DNA from: Thermodesulfobacteriota bacterium
GTDB lineage: Bacteria > Desulfobacterota > Desulfarculia > JACQYL01
Reading direction: 5' to 3'
Assembly: GCA_963675595.2 (NCBI GenBank)
Contig: CAXXLZ010000003.1
Span: forward strand, 192,001-256,000
Length of the DNA: 64,000 bases
This document shows, one piece after another, positions 46,226-57,361 of the stretch. Within the stretch, counting starts at the first letter, position 1, and the number at the start of each line of letters is the position of its first letter. The position numbers and the translations under genes are program-made. The notes beneath the pieces were generated by a model, which was not told the origin of the DNA, ran no database searches, and worked only from the letters and a program-made list of their open reading frames with translations.

Positions 46226-47353
46226 ATGGGGGATTCGGTTACGCGCACGGAGCCAGAGTTTCTGAATCTGGTACTCGGCCATATTAAGGCAATTCCGCCC
46301 TACCTTCCGGGCAAACCCATTGAAGACTTGGAAACAGAACGGGGAATCACGGGAGCCGTTAAGTTGGCCTCCAACGAGAACCCGTTGGGACCTTCGTCTC
46401 TCGCCGTGGAGGCGGTCGGGAAACTTCTGCGTGGAATGCACCGGTATCCCGACAGCAACAGCACCAAGCTCCGCCGATCTCTCGCGGCCCGTTGGAGTTT
46501 GAGCGCGGAGCACGTGATCGTAGGCAACGGTTCCGACGAGATTATCGAAATGGCCATGAGGGTTTTCGTGGGAGCGGGCGACGAGGTGATCTCTCCATGG
46601 CCGTCTTTCCTCATGTATGAGAAGTCCGTCGAAACCATGGGGGGAGTGTCGGTACGTGCGCCTCTCAAAGGATTCGATCAGGATTTGCAGGGAATACTGA
46701 ACGCCGTGGGAGCCCGAACCAAGCTGATCGTCGTATGTCAGCCCAACAACCCCACCGGCACGGCGGTTTCCAGGTCGGATTTCGAGGCGTTCCTGCACGA
46801 AGTTCCCCGTCACATTCCTCTCATTCTCGACGAGGCCTACGGAGACTTTGTGCGAGATTCCGATGCGTTCAGAGGGTCGAGTTACCTGGACGGGTATCCG
46901 CAGGTTCTGGTTCTAAGGACTTTTTCCAAGGCTTACGGCCTGGCGGGACTTCGCGTTGGATACGGCTTGGGTCACCCGGAAATGATCGCTTGTCTACAGC
47001 AGGTTCGGAGCCCTTTCAACGTGAACAGCCTTGCCCAGCAGGCCGCTCTTGCCGCACTGCGAGACGAGGATTTCCTACGTAGGACCGTGGAATTTACTTG
47101 GGCGGAACTCGATTTCCTTTACCAGGGGATGGAACGACTCAAGCTCCCCTACGTCCCCTCGCAAACGAATTTCTTCTTGGTCCGTGTCGGAAGGGGGAAC
47201 GAGGTTTACGACCGCCTGCTGGACAAGGGGGTCATCGTTCGTCCAATGGACGCTTATGGGCTTCCCGAGTATATTCGGGTGACGGTGGGACTCAGGGAAG
47301 AGAACGAGCGTTTTGTCGACGCCCTGGAAGCGGTCTGCAATTGTTCGGCTTGA
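46226..47353 (+). CDS. hisC: Histidinol-phosphate aminotransferase
   Basis: KLASNENPLG, GNGSDE, PNNPTG, DEAY, RTFSKAYGLAGLRVGY. Confidence 0.95.
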   Translation: MGDSVTRTEPEFLNLVLGHIKAIPPYLPGKPIEDLETERGITGAVKLASNENPLGPSSLAVEAVGKLLRGMHRYPDSNSTKLRRSLAARWSLSAEHVIVGNGSDEIIEMAMRVFVGAGDEVISPWPSFLMYEKSVETMGGVSVRAPLKGFDQDLQGILNAVGARTKLIVVCQPNNPTGTAVSRSDFEAFLHEVPRHIPLILDEAYGDFVRDSDAFRGSSYLDGYPQVLVLRTFSKAYGLAGLRVGYGLGHPEMIACLQQVRSPFNVNSLAQQAALAALRDEDFLRRTVEFTWAELDFLYQGMERLKLPYVPSQTNFFLVRVGRGNEVYDRLLDKGVIVRPMDAYGLPEYIRVTVGLREENERFVDALEAVCNCSA

Positions 47354-47401
47354 TGATCGGGGTTTCATGGTGTGTTGCCTGCCTCGCGTCGGAGCGGCCG
47401 G

Positions 47402-48091
47402 ATGAGTGTTGAGCGGCGGGTGGTGACGATCGATGGTCCTTCGGGAGCGGGGAAGAGCACGTTGGCTCGCATGTTGGCCCGGCGTCTGGGGTTTCGATAT
47501 CTGGACACCGGGGCGATGTACCGGGCGGTGGCTTTGCTCGCCCAGATGGAAGGTCCGGATATTTCAGACGGCGGACTGCAACGGATATTGGATGAGTTTT
47601 CCATTCGGTTCGTAACGGGCGAAGGCGGTGGGGAGCGCACCATTGTGGTGGACCGGGACGTGACCGACGATATCCGAAGACCCGACATTACCGCTCGCTC
47701 TTCGGAATTGAGCGGCGACCTGAGAGTTCGAAAGCGAATGACGGAGCTTCAGCGGGAATTCGGCAAACGCGAAAGCCTTGTGGCCGAGGGTCGGGACATG
47801 GGGACCGTGGTTTTTCCGGACGCGAGGGCGAAATTCTTTCTCGTGGCGGACGAAAAGGAAAGGGCCCGCCGGCGATGTCTCGAATTGCGAGGGGCGGGTG
47901 AACGGCTGTCGGAGTCGGAGGTTCTCGATCAGCTTCAACAGCGTGACCAAAGAGATCGAAGCCGAGAGGCGGCTCCCCTGAGACCCGCGCCTGACGCCGT
48001 CATTGTGGACTCAACACACCGTACGCAGGAATCGGTGTTGGCTGAAGTGCTCCGAATTTTAAAGAATAAAATTCCGGAGCTGGAATTTTGA
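47402..48091 (+). CDS. cmk: Cytidylate kinase
   Basis: IDGPSGAGKST, YLDTGAMYR, EGRDMGTVVFPDA. Confidence 0.96.
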   Translation: MSVERRVVTIDGPSGAGKSTLARMLARRLGFRYLDTGAMYRAVALLAQMEGPDISDGGLQRILDEFSIRFVTGEGGGERTIVVDRDVTDDIRRPDITARSSELSGDLRVRKRMTELQREFGKRESLVAEGRDMGTVVFPDARAKFFLVADEKERARRRCLELRGAGERLSESEVLDQLQQRDQRDRSREAAPLRPAPDAVIVDSTHRTQESVLAEVLRILKNKIPELEF

Positions 48092-48186
48092 AGTTTACAG
48101 GATTACTTTCGTGCGGTATACGCTTTTAAGTTTAAAACGGCTAAGGTGATGACTGTAGATCAGGGAGAAGAGGGGGGTCTGTCTGC

Positions 48187-50091
48187 ATGGAGGAGATTAC
48201 TGTTAACATGAACAACCAAACCGATCAACAGGATGATATGCAAGAAGACTTAACAAAACAAAATGAGGACCTTCAGGCCGAAGAGAACGATATGATGCCT
48301 GAGGGCTCCGGAGACGGAGAATCTTTGTCCGAGGAAAAGGGCGGAGAAGGTGCGGACGAGTCGTTTGCCGAGGACGGTGAAGAAGGCATGGACGGCATGG
48401 ACGGCATGGACATGAAGGAACTCTACGAGGAGAGCCTCAAGTCCCTCCAGGAAGGGGAAGTGATCAGCGGCAGCATTATCCAGGTCACTAAGGATTTTGT
48501 TGTGGTTGACGTGGGGTATAAATCGGAGGGGCAGATTCCCATTTCGGAGTTCCTGGACGAACGTGGCCAAGTCGACGCACAAATCGGCGACACCATTGAT
48601 GTGCTCCTTGAAAAGCGTGAAGACGAGGACGGCGAGATTCAGCTTTCCAAGGAAAAGGCCGCCAAGATCAAGGTGTGGGATGAAATCCGCCGGAAGTTCA
48701 ACGAGGAAGAAGTTATCTCCGGAGTGATTACTGCGAGGGTCAAAGGGGGCTACACCGTGGACATCGGGGTACCCGCCTTCTTGCCCGGGTCTCAGGTCGA
48801 CCTCAGGCCCGTCAAGGACATGGACGCCCTCGTGGGCAAGACTTTTGAATTCAAGATACTCAAGTACAACAAGAAACGAAGCAACGTTGTCATCTCTCGT
48901 CGCGTGATTCTTGAGGACAAGAGACGAAAAAGTCGGGAAGAGACTCTCAAGAAGATACGGGAACAGGACGTATTGCCCGGCGTGGTCAAGAACATCACGG
49001 ACTACGGGGCGTTCATCGACTTGGGTGGTCTGGATGGTCTCCTGCACATCACGGATATGTCCTGGGGACGGGTGAAGCATCCTTCCGAGATTCTCAAGAT
49101 CGGAGATGAGATCACCGTCAAGATCCTGAATTTCGATCCGGAAACGGAACGAGTTTCTTTGGGGCTGAAACAGCTTCAGCAGGACCCTTGGACCACGGCG
49201 GCCGAGAATTACAAGCCGGGAACCCGTGTCTCCGGAAAAGTGGTGAGCCTGACGGACTACGGCGCTTTCGTTGAGGTGGAAGAGGGTATCGAGGGCCTGA
49301 TTCATCTGTCCGAAATGTCGTGGACCAAGAAGATTCGACATCCTTCCATGGTCGTCAATGTGGGGGATGAGGTCGAAGCCATGGTGCTGGACATCGATCC
49401 GAACAACCGACGCATCTCCCTCGGTTTGAAGCAGGTGGAGCCGAATCCGTGGGACGTGATCGGAGAGAAGTATCCCGTGGGTACGATCATCGAAGGCAAG
49501 ATCAAGAACATCACGGACTTCGGTGTGTTCATAGGGATCGACGAAGGGATCGACGGTCTGGTGCACATCTCGGACCTCTCTTGGACCAAGCGGGTCAAAC
49601 ATCCTTCTGAGTTGTTCAAGAAGGGACAGGAAGTTCAGGCCAAAGTGCTTAAGATCGACCGGGAGAACGAACGATTCTCTCTGAGTATTAAGCACGTTAC
49701 TCCGGATCCGTGGGAAGAGATTCCCAAGAACTACCGTGTCGGCGGAAAGGTCACGGGGACGGTGACCAACGTCACGGATTTCGGTGTTTTCGTCGAGATC
49801 GAGGAAGGCATCGAAGGCCTGATCCATGTTTCCGAAATCAGTGCGGAAAAAGTCAAGACACCGGTCGGCCAGTTCAATCCCGGGGACTTGATTACCGCCA
49901 AAGTGGTGAACGTCAACAAGAAGGAACGCAAGATCGGCCTCTCCTTAAGGCGAATGGATGAGGACAGCGATCGAACAACGATTCGTGATTATTTGAGCAG
50001 TTCCTCTTCTTCTTTTCCGAACCTCGGAGATCTTCTGGGGGAGGAAAGTCGAGAGAAGCTCCAATCGGACAAGTCCGGGGAAGAGGAATAG
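48187..50091 (+). CDS. rpsA: 30S ribosomal protein S1 with an acidic N-terminal extension
   Basis: Six S1 repeats (VDVGYKSEG, AFLPGSQVD, DGLLHITDMSW, EGLIHLSEMSW...); follows cmk. Confidence 0.97.
   Translation: MEEITVNMNNQTDQQDDMQEDLTKQNEDLQAEENDMMPEGSGDGESLSEEKGGEGADESFAEDGEEGMDGMDGMDMKELYEESLKSLQEGEVISGSIIQVTKDFVVVDVGYKSEGQIPISEFLDERGQVDAQIGDTIDVLLEKREDEDGEIQLSKEKAAKIKVWDEIRRKFNEEEVISGVITARVKGGYTVDIGVPAFLPGSQVDLRPVKDMDALVGKTFEFKILKYNKKRSNVVISRRVILEDKRRKSREETLKKIREQDVLPGVVKNITDYGAFIDLGGLDGLLHITDMSWGRVKHPSEILKIGDEITVKILNFDPETERVSLGLKQLQQDPWTTAAENYKPGTRVSGKVVSLTDYGAFVEVEEGIEGLIHLSEMSWTKKIRHPSMVVNVGDEVEAMVLDIDPNNRRISLGLKQVEPNPWDVIGEKYPVGTIIEGKIKNITDFGVFIGIDEGIDGLVHISDLSWTKRVKHPSELFKKGQEVQAKVLKIDRENERFSLSIKHVTPDPWEEIPKNYRVGGKVTGTVTNVTDFGVFVEIEEGIEGLIHVSEISAEKVKTPVGQFNPGDLITAKVVNVNKKERKIGLSLRRMDEDSDRTTIRDYLSSSSSSFPNLGDLLGEESREKLQSDKSGEEE
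48385..48411 (+). repeat. In-frame 9-bp tandem repeat x3 in rpsA (GMD)3
   Basis: GGCATGGAC repeated three times exactly. Confidence 0.85.
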
Positions 50092-50227
50092 CCTGTTAAC
50101 GGCCCTTTATCGGGTTTGAGCGGAGACGACGCGCCGGTGCCGGTCCCATGGGTCGGAAGGTGGCGTCGTTTCCTTTCATGCCGGGCGGGGTTTGTTCTCG
50201 GGCGAGCCGATTCCCTTGGAAAGGGTC

Positions 50228-51109
50228 ATGAAAAGGCATCCGGTACTTTTTTCGATCTTTCTTATTTTGCTGATCGTCGGCGTCATGTCCGCAGCGGTGA
50301 TCGGCATTCTGCACATGTCGGGAGATACGACGGCCGTGGTCTTTAAAGACCAAGTGGCTTTGATCGATATCAGGGGTGTCATCTCCGAAGGAAAACCGAT
50401 CACGGATTTGCTTGTTTCCTATCGCGAGAATTCCAACATCAAGGCGATCATCCTGCACATTGATTCCCCGGGCGGTGGCGTGGCTCCCTCACAAGAGGTA
50501 TTCACCGAAGTTTCCCGAACTCGTGCGGAGAAGCCGGTGGTGGCTTTTCTGGGGAATGTGGCGGCTTCGGGTGGGTACTATGTGGCGGCGGGGGCCAGCA
50601 AGATCGTCTGTAGTCCGGGGAGTCTTACCGGAAGCATAGGCGTTTTGTTTCAGGTGGCCAATGTTCAGGAGTTGCTCCAAAAGGTCGGTCTGGAATCCTA
50701 TGTGCTCAAGGCCGGTAAATACAAAGACATGGGGTCTCCTTACCGGGAAATGACCGACGAGGAAAGGGCGTTGCTGGAAGGCGTGCTCGTGGACGTTCAT
50801 GAGCAGTTCATTGCGGATATTGCCAAAGGAAGAGGAATTCCGGTCGATTTGGTTCGTGAAGTGGCTGATGGTCGGGTCATGACCGGACTCCAGGCCAAGA
50901 AGATCGGTTTGGTGGACGAGATGGGGAATTTTGAGGACGCGCTTGAGGTTGCCAAAACGTTGGCCGGGATCAGAGGTGAAGTAGCCGTGGTGCAGCCGGC
51001 CAAGAAGAGGCGCTCGGTGGTCGACCTGTTTCTTGACGAATTTATGGGCAAAGCGATGGAACATCTGGGAGTCTCCGGTCCGAGACTGATGGCTGTTGGT
51101 GCCGATTAG
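50228..51109 (+). CDS. sppA: Signal peptide peptidase SppA (S49)
   Basis: IDSPGG, AASGGYY, TGSIGV, KAGKYKD. Confidence 0.93.
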   Translation: MKRHPVLFSIFLILLIVGVMSAAVIGILHMSGDTTAVVFKDQVALIDIRGVISEGKPITDLLVSYRENSNIKAIILHIDSPGGGVAPSQEVFTEVSRTRAEKPVVAFLGNVAASGGYYVAAGASKIVCSPGSLTGSIGVLFQVANVQELLQKVGLESYVLKAGKYKDMGSPYREMTDEERALLEGVLVDVHEQFIADIAKGRGIPVDLVREVADGRVMTGLQAKKIGLVDEMGNFEDALEVAKTLAGIRGEVAVVQPAKKRRSVVDLFLDEFMGKAMEHLGVSGPRLMAVGAD

Positions 51110-51144
51110 TACGTGACCGACGCGCTAGTGAAGGGGCTCTCGTC

Positions 51145-51423
51145 ATGCTGAAATCCCAGCTTGTATCCCGAGTATGGGCGCGCCATCCCGAGCTTCTGAA
51201 AGCCGACGTGGAAGCTCTGGTGCGGCTGATGTTCGAATGTATGGTCGAGGCTCTGGCGAAGGAGGAGAGCATCGAAATCCGTGGGCTGGGCCGATTTGCC
51301 GTTGTGGATCGTTTTCCTCGGATAGTGAGGAATCCTCGGACTGGGGAAACGAAAACGCAATCGAAAAGAAAGGAAGTCCGTTTTAGGGCGGGCAAAGACA
51401 TCCTCGATCGCATCAACGGCTGA
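51145..51423 (+). CDS. ihfB: Integration host factor beta / HU family DNA-binding protein
   Basis: MLKSQLV, IEIRGLGRF, RNPRTGE, FRAGK; position after rpsA-sppA. Confidence 0.75.
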   Translation: MLKSQLVSRVWARHPELLKADVEALVRLMFECMVEALAKEESIEIRGLGRFAVVDRFPRIVRNPRTGETKTQSKRKEVRFRAGKDILDRING

Positions 51424-51452
51424 CCAAACGAATTTCTCTTGTGTTGAAGGAT

Positions 51453-51479
51453 ACCCGCTCGGAACGATGCGGGTTTTTT
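51453..51479 (+). terminator. Rho-independent terminator after ihfB
   Basis: ACCCGC...GCGGGT stem followed by a T run. Confidence 0.6.
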
Positions 51480-51579
51480 GTTCCGGTGTCTTGGCGACCG
51501 AGCCTATGTGGAGGCTTGAATCGCCTCAATCGACTCCTTGCCCGAGTGAGGCCTCCGGCCTCGCTTCGAACCGAAAGTC

Positions 51580-52398
51580 GTGGAGCTGAAATCCGACCAA
51601 GATCTGACCCCGCTGGTTGCTGCGGGCAAAGTAAAAATCGCCGTTGGAAGCCGTCTTCTGGGCGTCGGAAACGTTATTACGCTCGGGGTGCGTCCGAACG
51701 TGGAAGACTACGATCCCCTGGAGATCGAGTGGCTTCGAGCGGCGCAGAAGGTCTATTACCCCACCCGGTTTCTGGCCCAGTCGCTTCTATCCATGGGGAA
51801 GGAGCTGTTTCCAGGAGTTTCGTCCTACCACTATACCGGCGACAAGATTCGACAGACGACTTTGTTCAAGCTCGTCGGAGTTCCGCATCCGAGAACTCGG
51901 GTATACTATTCGGGGCATCACGAGGAGATCTTGCGGGACTTCTCTTTTCCTTTCGTGGCGAAGGTACCGAGGAATTCGGATTCGGGAAAAGGGGTCTACC
52001 TGATAAAGAACAGAGAGGCTTTGGATGCCTACTTGGCGGGAAACCGTGTGGCGTACCTGCAGGAATGGATGTTTCCCAGCAGAGACTATCGGGTGGTGGT
52101 GATCGGAGGCAAAGTGATCCTCGCTTATGAGCGAAAGCGGACCGGTGGGGATTTCCGGGCCAACGTGGCCGTGGGAGGGCGGATCGAGTTTGAGGGGGTT
52201 CCTGGGGAGGTTTGCGGAACCGCGCTTGAAACCGCTCGGGTTTGCGGGTTCGATGATGTTGGAATCGACGTGTTGGCGTTTGATGGGAACTGCTATGTAC
52301 TGGAGGCCAACTTTCGCTACGGAAGAAAGGCGTTTAAAGCGGCCGGTATTGATTATAAAAGGATGCTGGAGGAGATGTTGGTGCGGGGCGATATCTAA
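51580..52398 (+). CDS. RimK-like ATP-grasp ligase
   Basis: DK, PHPRT, FPFVAK, GKGVYLI, YLQE, DYRVVVIGG, FRANVAVGG, GIDV, VLEAN. Confidence 0.85.
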   Translation: MELKSDQDLTPLVAAGKVKIAVGSRLLGVGNVITLGVRPNVEDYDPLEIEWLRAAQKVYYPTRFLAQSLLSMGKELFPGVSSYHYTGDKIRQTTLFKLVGVPHPRTRVYYSGHHEEILRDFSFPFVAKVPRNSDSGKGVYLIKNREALDAYLAGNRVAYLQEWMFPSRDYRVVVIGGKVILAYERKRTGGDFRANVAVGGRIEFEGVPGEVCGTALETARVCGFDDVGIDVLAFDGNCYVLEANFRYGRKAFKAAGIDYKRMLEEMLVRGDI

Positions 52399-54383
52399 TG
52401 GAACCCGGATCGGTTGTTGAATACATAGAGGACCGAGTCTACAAGGTCGCGGTTTGTGTGGTGGATCGCGGCAACCGTGTGCAGGTACTCAACGAGTCGG
52501 GTCGGGAGGTCAATCTCGGTCTTGCTCGAGTTCTTTATGCGGGCGGACGACGTCTGAATCTCAAAGAGCCTCGGCACAAGATCGAGGAGAGTCTTCGGGG
52601 GATTTCCGCGCATCGGAGGGAAATTCAGGCGAAGATCGATTTGACGGAGATTTGGGAGCTGGTGGCGGAGGAGGACGGCAGTTACGACCCCGCATTCCTT
52701 TCGGAAATCGTTTTTGGAGAGGGCTCCGATGCCGACCACGAGGCCGCGTTCATCCGGGCGGTGATTGATGAGCGAACGCGGTTCAAGTTCAAGGACGGTC
52801 GGGTTTATCCGCAGTCCGCCGAAAAAGTGGCTCAGGTGCTCGAGCAGCGTGAAGCGGAGCGTCGCAGGGAGGAGGAACTTGATCGGGAAAGCTCGTGGTT
52901 GAAGGGAGCGTTCGAGCGAGGAGGGCCGCCCTCGGACCTGGAAGAGCACGCCAACCTCATAGAGAGTCTCAAAGCGGCGGCGTTGGGCGATCCCGTACAC
53001 CCTCTTTTCAAGATGGGTGAGGCCCTTCTGAAACGGGCGGAGCTTGGCGGGAAAGAACGCGCTTTCGATGTATTGGTCCGACTGGGTCTGTGGTCCCCGG
53101 ATCAGAATTTGGACCTTGAAAGACTTCAGGTTCCGGTGGAATTCGCCCCGGGAGTGTTGGACGATGTCGATCGATTGGTTGAATGGCCTTTGCCCGGAGA
53201 AAACAAGCACGAAGACTTGACCCATCTGCCGGCGATCACCATCGACAGCCTGTCCACTTCCGATTTCGACGACGCCCTGAGTATCATTCGGAAGGGTGAC
53301 GGGTATGAATTCGGAGTTCATATAGCGGACGTCTCCGCTTATGTATTTCCGGAAAGTCCACTCGACGATTGCGGCAAGGAGAGGGGTACTTCCATTTACA
53401 TGCCCGACGGACGGATCGCCATGCTTCCATCGGAAATATCCGACAGGTTGTGCAGCCTGAGGGAGGGCTTGGATAGGCCCGCGCTAAGTCTCCTGGTGGA
53501 CATGAATGAAGAGCTGGACGTTCGAGGGTATCGGTTTGTGTCGAGCGTCATACGGGTCAAACGCAGGATGACCTACTCTGAAGTGGATTTGATTCATGAT
53601 CGTGATGAGGACATGGTGGTCCTTTCCAAAATCGCGCGAAAGCTGCTTCGCCGACGAATCGAAGCGGGCGCCATTCCACAGCCGCCTTTTGAAGTGTCGG
53701 TAACCGTGGAACCGGACGGTTCCGTCGGTCTGAAACGAATCGAACGGGACAGCATCAGCCGCCTCATCGTTTCCGAGAGTATGATCTTTGCCAATTGCCT
53801 GGCGGCGGAGTTTCTGCACGCATCCGAGGTTGCGGGGTTCTTCAGGGCCCAGGCGGAGCCCAAAGAGCGTGTGGAAGGCGACCTGGAAAAGGACCTTTTT
53901 GCCATGTACCGGCAGCGAAGGCAGCTTCAGCCTCTCGTTTTGCAGACTCAGAAGTCCCCTCACAGCAGCCTGGGCGTGCCGGCGTACACCAATATGACAT
54001 CCCCGATCAGGCGTTACATGGATTTGGTTGTCCAGAGACAGCTTTTGGCCGTGATAAAGGGGAGTCCCCCGCCTTACTCGGAAGGCAGACTGAAAGAAAT
54101 GCTCACGGAAATCGAACCGGTGGTCAAGCGGGCCAACCTGTTGAAGAACCGAAGGTATCGATACTGGATGCTCAAGTACTTCAAGAAACTTAGAGGGCAA
54201 GGCCTGCAGGCTCTGGTTCTGGAAAAACATCCGAGGAGTTACCGTATTCTTCTGACGGATACGTTGTTCGAGTGCAACTTACCCATCGTTTCCTCGATCG
54301 CTCTCAAACCCGGCGAGCATGTCCAAGTGAGAGTGGACCGGTCGAATCCAAGAGACGACATCCTCAAGGTCAGCTTGGGCTGA
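52398..54383 (+). CDS. Ribonuclease II / RNB family exoribonuclease
   Basis: TIDSLSTSDFDDALS, GVHIADVS, RGTSIYMP, TSPIRRYMDL; TAATG overlap with the ATP-grasp gene. Confidence 0.92.
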   Translation: MEPGSVVEYIEDRVYKVAVCVVDRGNRVQVLNESGREVNLGLARVLYAGGRRLNLKEPRHKIEESLRGISAHRREIQAKIDLTEIWELVAEEDGSYDPAFLSEIVFGEGSDADHEAAFIRAVIDERTRFKFKDGRVYPQSAEKVAQVLEQREAERRREEELDRESSWLKGAFERGGPPSDLEEHANLIESLKAAALGDPVHPLFKMGEALLKRAELGGKERAFDVLVRLGLWSPDQNLDLERLQVPVEFAPGVLDDVDRLVEWPLPGENKHEDLTHLPAITIDSLSTSDFDDALSIIRKGDGYEFGVHIADVSAYVFPESPLDDCGKERGTSIYMPDGRIAMLPSEISDRLCSLREGLDRPALSLLVDMNEELDVRGYRFVSSVIRVKRRMTYSEVDLIHDRDEDMVVLSKIARKLLRRRIEAGAIPQPPFEVSVTVEPDGSVGLKRIERDSISRLIVSESMIFANCLAAEFLHASEVAGFFRAQAEPKERVEGDLEKDLFAMYRQRRQLQPLVLQTQKSPHSSLGVPAYTNMTSPIRRYMDLVVQRQLLAVIKGSPPPYSEGRLKEMLTEIEPVVKRANLLKNRRYRYWMLKYFKKLRGQGLQALVLEKHPRSYRILLTDTLFECNLPIVSSIALKPGEHVQVRVDRSNPRDDILKVSLG

Positions 54384-54461
54384 CCACGGTTTGCTTCTCA
54401 AGATTCATACGGTCGACGGGACCTAATGCATTCCGAGCGGCGTTGCGGGGTAGGTGGGAAT

Positions 54462-54494
54462 GTACTTGTGGTACAAGTACTTTTTCCTTTTTTT
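54462..54494 (+). terminator. Possible terminator between the RNB gene and xerC
   Basis: GTACTTGT-GGT-ACAAGTAC stem followed by a long T tract. Confidence 0.5.
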
Positions 54495-54538
54495 CCAGGC
54501 CCGATTGTGTTAACCAAACAAATTTTCCGAGTTGCCGT

Positions 54539-55447
54539 GTGACTTCGCATATCGACCGGTTCATTCGCTATCTGGAAGCCGAAAAGGGATTGTCTCCCAA
54601 CACGGTTCGCGCTTATCATAGTGATCTTAGGGCGTTTGCCGGTTTTGTTTCCGAACGTCTGAAGAAGGAGGCGTTTGGTCCGGCGGACGTGGACCATTAC
54701 ATGATTAGGAGTTTTCTGGCTTCACTTCACGGATCTCGGGCACGAACCAGTGTGAGCAGAAAGCTCTCCGCGATCAGGAGCTTCTTCAGGTTCCTTATAA
54801 AGCGGGGAGAGGCGGATCGAAACCCCACGGATGCCGTCTTTTCTCCCAAGTTGGAGAGGCACGTAGCCAAGTTTCTTCCCGTGGATGAGATGTTCTCTCT
54901 CTTGGATTCGGTGATCGGGGATTCCAGGCAAGGGACGCGGGATCGCGCTATTCTCGAGACCCTCTATTCCACCGGGTTGCGGGTGGGGGAACTCGCTTCT
55001 TTGGATGTGGATTCCATTGACCGTTCAGCGCGGTATGTGCGGGTGGTGGGTAAGGGAAGTAAAGAGCGGCTGGTACCTGTGGGGATGAAGGCGCTGGAAG
55101 CCCTGGACGCCTATAGCGGAGCTTTTGAAGAAATCCGGAGAGCGGCGGAGAACCGGGGAGTGAAAGCCCTGTTTCTGAATTTGCGTGGAGGGCGACTTTC
55201 AACGAGGAGCATCGGCAGAATCGTGGATGCGGCCATAGAACGGAGCGGTCTGGAAATGAAGATCAGTCCCCATGTCCTGCGACACTCTTTCGCCACTCAT
55301 CTGCTGGATTCGGGAGCCGACCTCAGATCGGTCCAGGAACTGCTGGGCCATTCGAGTTTGTCGACCACACAGAAGTACACGCACGTCAATCTGGACAAGC
55401 TCATGGAGGTTTACGACGCATGCCATCCTCGGAGTCGGGATTCATAG
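54539..55447 (+). CDS. xerC: Tyrosine recombinase XerC
   Basis: [57 protein letters not shown]; upstream of hslV. Confidence 0.9.
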   Translation: MTSHIDRFIRYLEAEKGLSPNTVRAYHSDLRAFAGFVSERLKKEAFGPADVDHYMIRSFLASLHGSRARTSVSRKLSAIRSFFRFLIKRGEADRNPTDAVFSPKLERHVAKFLPVDEMFSLLDSVIGDSRQGTRDRAILETLYSTGLRVGELASLDVDSIDRSARYVRVVGKGSKERLVPVGMKALEALDAYSGAFEEIRRAAENRGVKALFLNLRGGRLSTRSIGRIVDAAIERSGLEMKISPHVLRHSFATHLLDSGADLRSVQELLGHSSLSTTQKYTHVNLDKLMEVYDACHPRSRDS

Positions 55448-55977
55448 AGCCCATCCGCGGCACCACGATTCTTTACGTCAGGCACCGAGGGAAAACCGTG
55501 ATGGCGGGTGACGGCCAGGTGAGCCTGGGACAGACCGTAATGAAGGCGAAAGCCAGAAAAGTGCGGAGGCTTTACAAGGAGAAGATTCTTGCGGGCTTCG
55601 CGGGCGCGAGTGCCGATGCTTTTACTCTTTTCGAGCGTCTGGAATCGAAGCTGGATCAACATGGGGGAAACCTGACTCGAGCTGCGGTGGAATTGGCGAA
55701 AGACTGGCGGACCGATAAGGTTTTGAGGCGCCTTGAGGCCATGCTGCTTGCCGCGGATGAGGATCGAGCACTACTGATCAGCGGAACCGGGGACGTGATA
55801 GAACCGGACGAGGGTGTGACCGCCATCGGCTCGGGCGGACCTTATGCCTATGCGGCATCGCTGGCCCTGATTCGCCACTCGGATCTTGACGCCGTAACCA
55901 TTGCGGAGGAGGCCATGCGAATCGCCGCATCCATCTGTGTATACACCAACGCAGAGCTTACCATCGAGGAGCTGTAG
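55420..55977 (+). CDS. hslV: ATP-dependent protease peptidase subunit
   Basis: GTTIL, AGDGQV, AGFAG..ADA, WRTDK.LRRLEA, IGSGG. Confidence 0.96.
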   Translation: MPSSESGFIEPIRGTTILYVRHRGKTVMAGDGQVSLGQTVMKAKARKVRRLYKEKILAGFAGASADAFTLFERLESKLDQHGGNLTRAAVELAKDWRTDKVLRRLEAMLLAADEDRALLISGTGDVIEPDEGVTAIGSGGPYAYAASLALIRHSDLDAVTIAEEAMRIAASICVYTNAELTIEEL

Positions 55978-55981
55978 TCTC

Positions 55982-57361
55982 ATGTCGGCCCAGGAGACAC
56001 TTACTCCAAGGGAAATCGTTTCCGAACTGGACAGGTACATCATCGGGCAGGACAAGGCCAAGCGATCTGTGGCCATCGCTCTGCGGAACCGGTGGCGTCG
56101 CCAGCAGGTTCCGGAGAATCTTCAGGATGAAATCGCGCCCAAGAACATTATCATGATTGGTCCCACGGGCGTGGGAAAGACTGAGATTGCAAGGCGTTTG
56201 GCAAGATTGGCACAATCGCCGTTTCTCAAGGTGGAAGCGTCCAAGTTCACTGAAGTGGGTTATGTGGGCCGGGACGTGGAGTCCATGATCCGGGACTTGA
56301 CGGAGCTTTCCATTGGTATGGTGAGGGGCGAGGCCCAAGAGCGGGTGCGTGTTCGAGCCGAGGAAACCGCGGAAGAACGCCTTCTGGATCTCCTTCTTCC
56401 CACTCGAAGGCGGGATGACCGGAACGAAGACGCCGACGGGGATAAGACCCTCGAAGTGGTAAGGCCGAGTCTCGAACAAGAGGATACGACTCGGGAAAAA
56501 ATGCGCCGCATGCTCCGGTCGGGCAAGTTGGACCACCGCTTTGTGGACCTCGAGGTTCCCGACAGAAACGTTCCTTTTGTGGAAATCTTCTCCGGCACGA
56601 GCATGGAGGAGATCGACATCAATCTCAAAGACATGTTCGGAAACATGTTTCCCAAGCGAACCAAGAAACGAAAGGTGAAGATCCCCGAAGCCTTGAAGAT
56701 TCTGGAGCAGGAAGAAGCACAACGTCTGATCGACATGGATGAGGTCACGTCGGAAGCCATATCGCGGGTTGAGCAAAGCGGCATCATATTTTTGGACGAA
56801 ATCGACAAGATCGCGGGAAGAGACCATGCCCACGGCCCCGATGTCTCTCGAGAGGGAGTGCAGCGGGACCTGTTGCCTATTGTCGAGGGCAGCACGGTCA
56901 CCACCAAATACGGGATGGTGAAGACCGACCATATCCTTTTCATCGCTTCGGGTGCGTTCCATATGAACAAACCCTCGGACCTGATTCCCGAGCTTCAGGG
57001 GCGTTTCCCCATACGAGTCGAATTGAAGCCACTGACGGAGCAGGACTTCGTCAGGATTCTCACCGAACCGGAAAACGCCTTGATTAAGCAGTATATAGCC
57101 CTGCTGGAAACCGAAGGAATCGAATTGGTCTTCGATGAATCCGCTATTGTCGAGATTTCGGAAATCGCGTTTTCCGTTAACGAAAGAACGGAAAATATCG
57201 GTGCCCGCAGGCTTCATACGGTGATGGAGGCTTTGCTCGAGGATATTTCGTTCAGCGCTCCCGAGCTCGAAGAGAGACGGATTATGATCACTGCGGAGTA
57301 TGTGCGGGAAAAACTTTCGGAGATCAGACAAAACGAGGACCTGAGTAGGTATATTCTGTAA
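55982..57361 (+). CDS. hslU: ATP-dependent protease ATPase subunit
   Basis: [43 protein letters not shown]. Confidence 0.97.
   Translation: MSAQETLTPREIVSELDRYIIGQDKAKRSVAIALRNRWRRQQVPENLQDEIAPKNIIMIGPTGVGKTEIARRLARLAQSPFLKVEASKFTEVGYVGRDVESMIRDLTELSIGMVRGEAQERVRVRAEETAEERLLDLLLPTRRRDDRNEDADGDKTLEVVRPSLEQEDTTREKMRRMLRSGKLDHRFVDLEVPDRNVPFVEIFSGTSMEEIDINLKDMFGNMFPKRTKKRKVKIPEALKILEQEEAQRLIDMDEVTSEAISRVEQSGIIFLDEIDKIAGRDHAHGPDVSREGVQRDLLPIVEGSTVTTKYGMVKTDHILFIASGAFHMNKPSDLIPELQGRFPIRVELKPLTEQDFVRILTEPENALIKQYIALLETEGIELVFDESAIVEISEIAFSVNERTENIGARRLHTVMEALLEDISFSAPELEERRIMITAEYVREKLSEIRQNEDLSRYIL

Noticed and set aside
48250-49827. 525-aa antisense ORF opposite rpsA (likewise those opposite hslU, glgC and the UGSC gene)
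   Set aside because: These are shadow ORFs from codon bias in GC-rich genes and carry no recognisable motifs.
54539-55447. Tyrosine recombinase as a prophage or island integrase
   Set aside because: The sequence and the xerC-hslV-hslU context indicate housekeeping XerC; no att sites or phage genes are seen.
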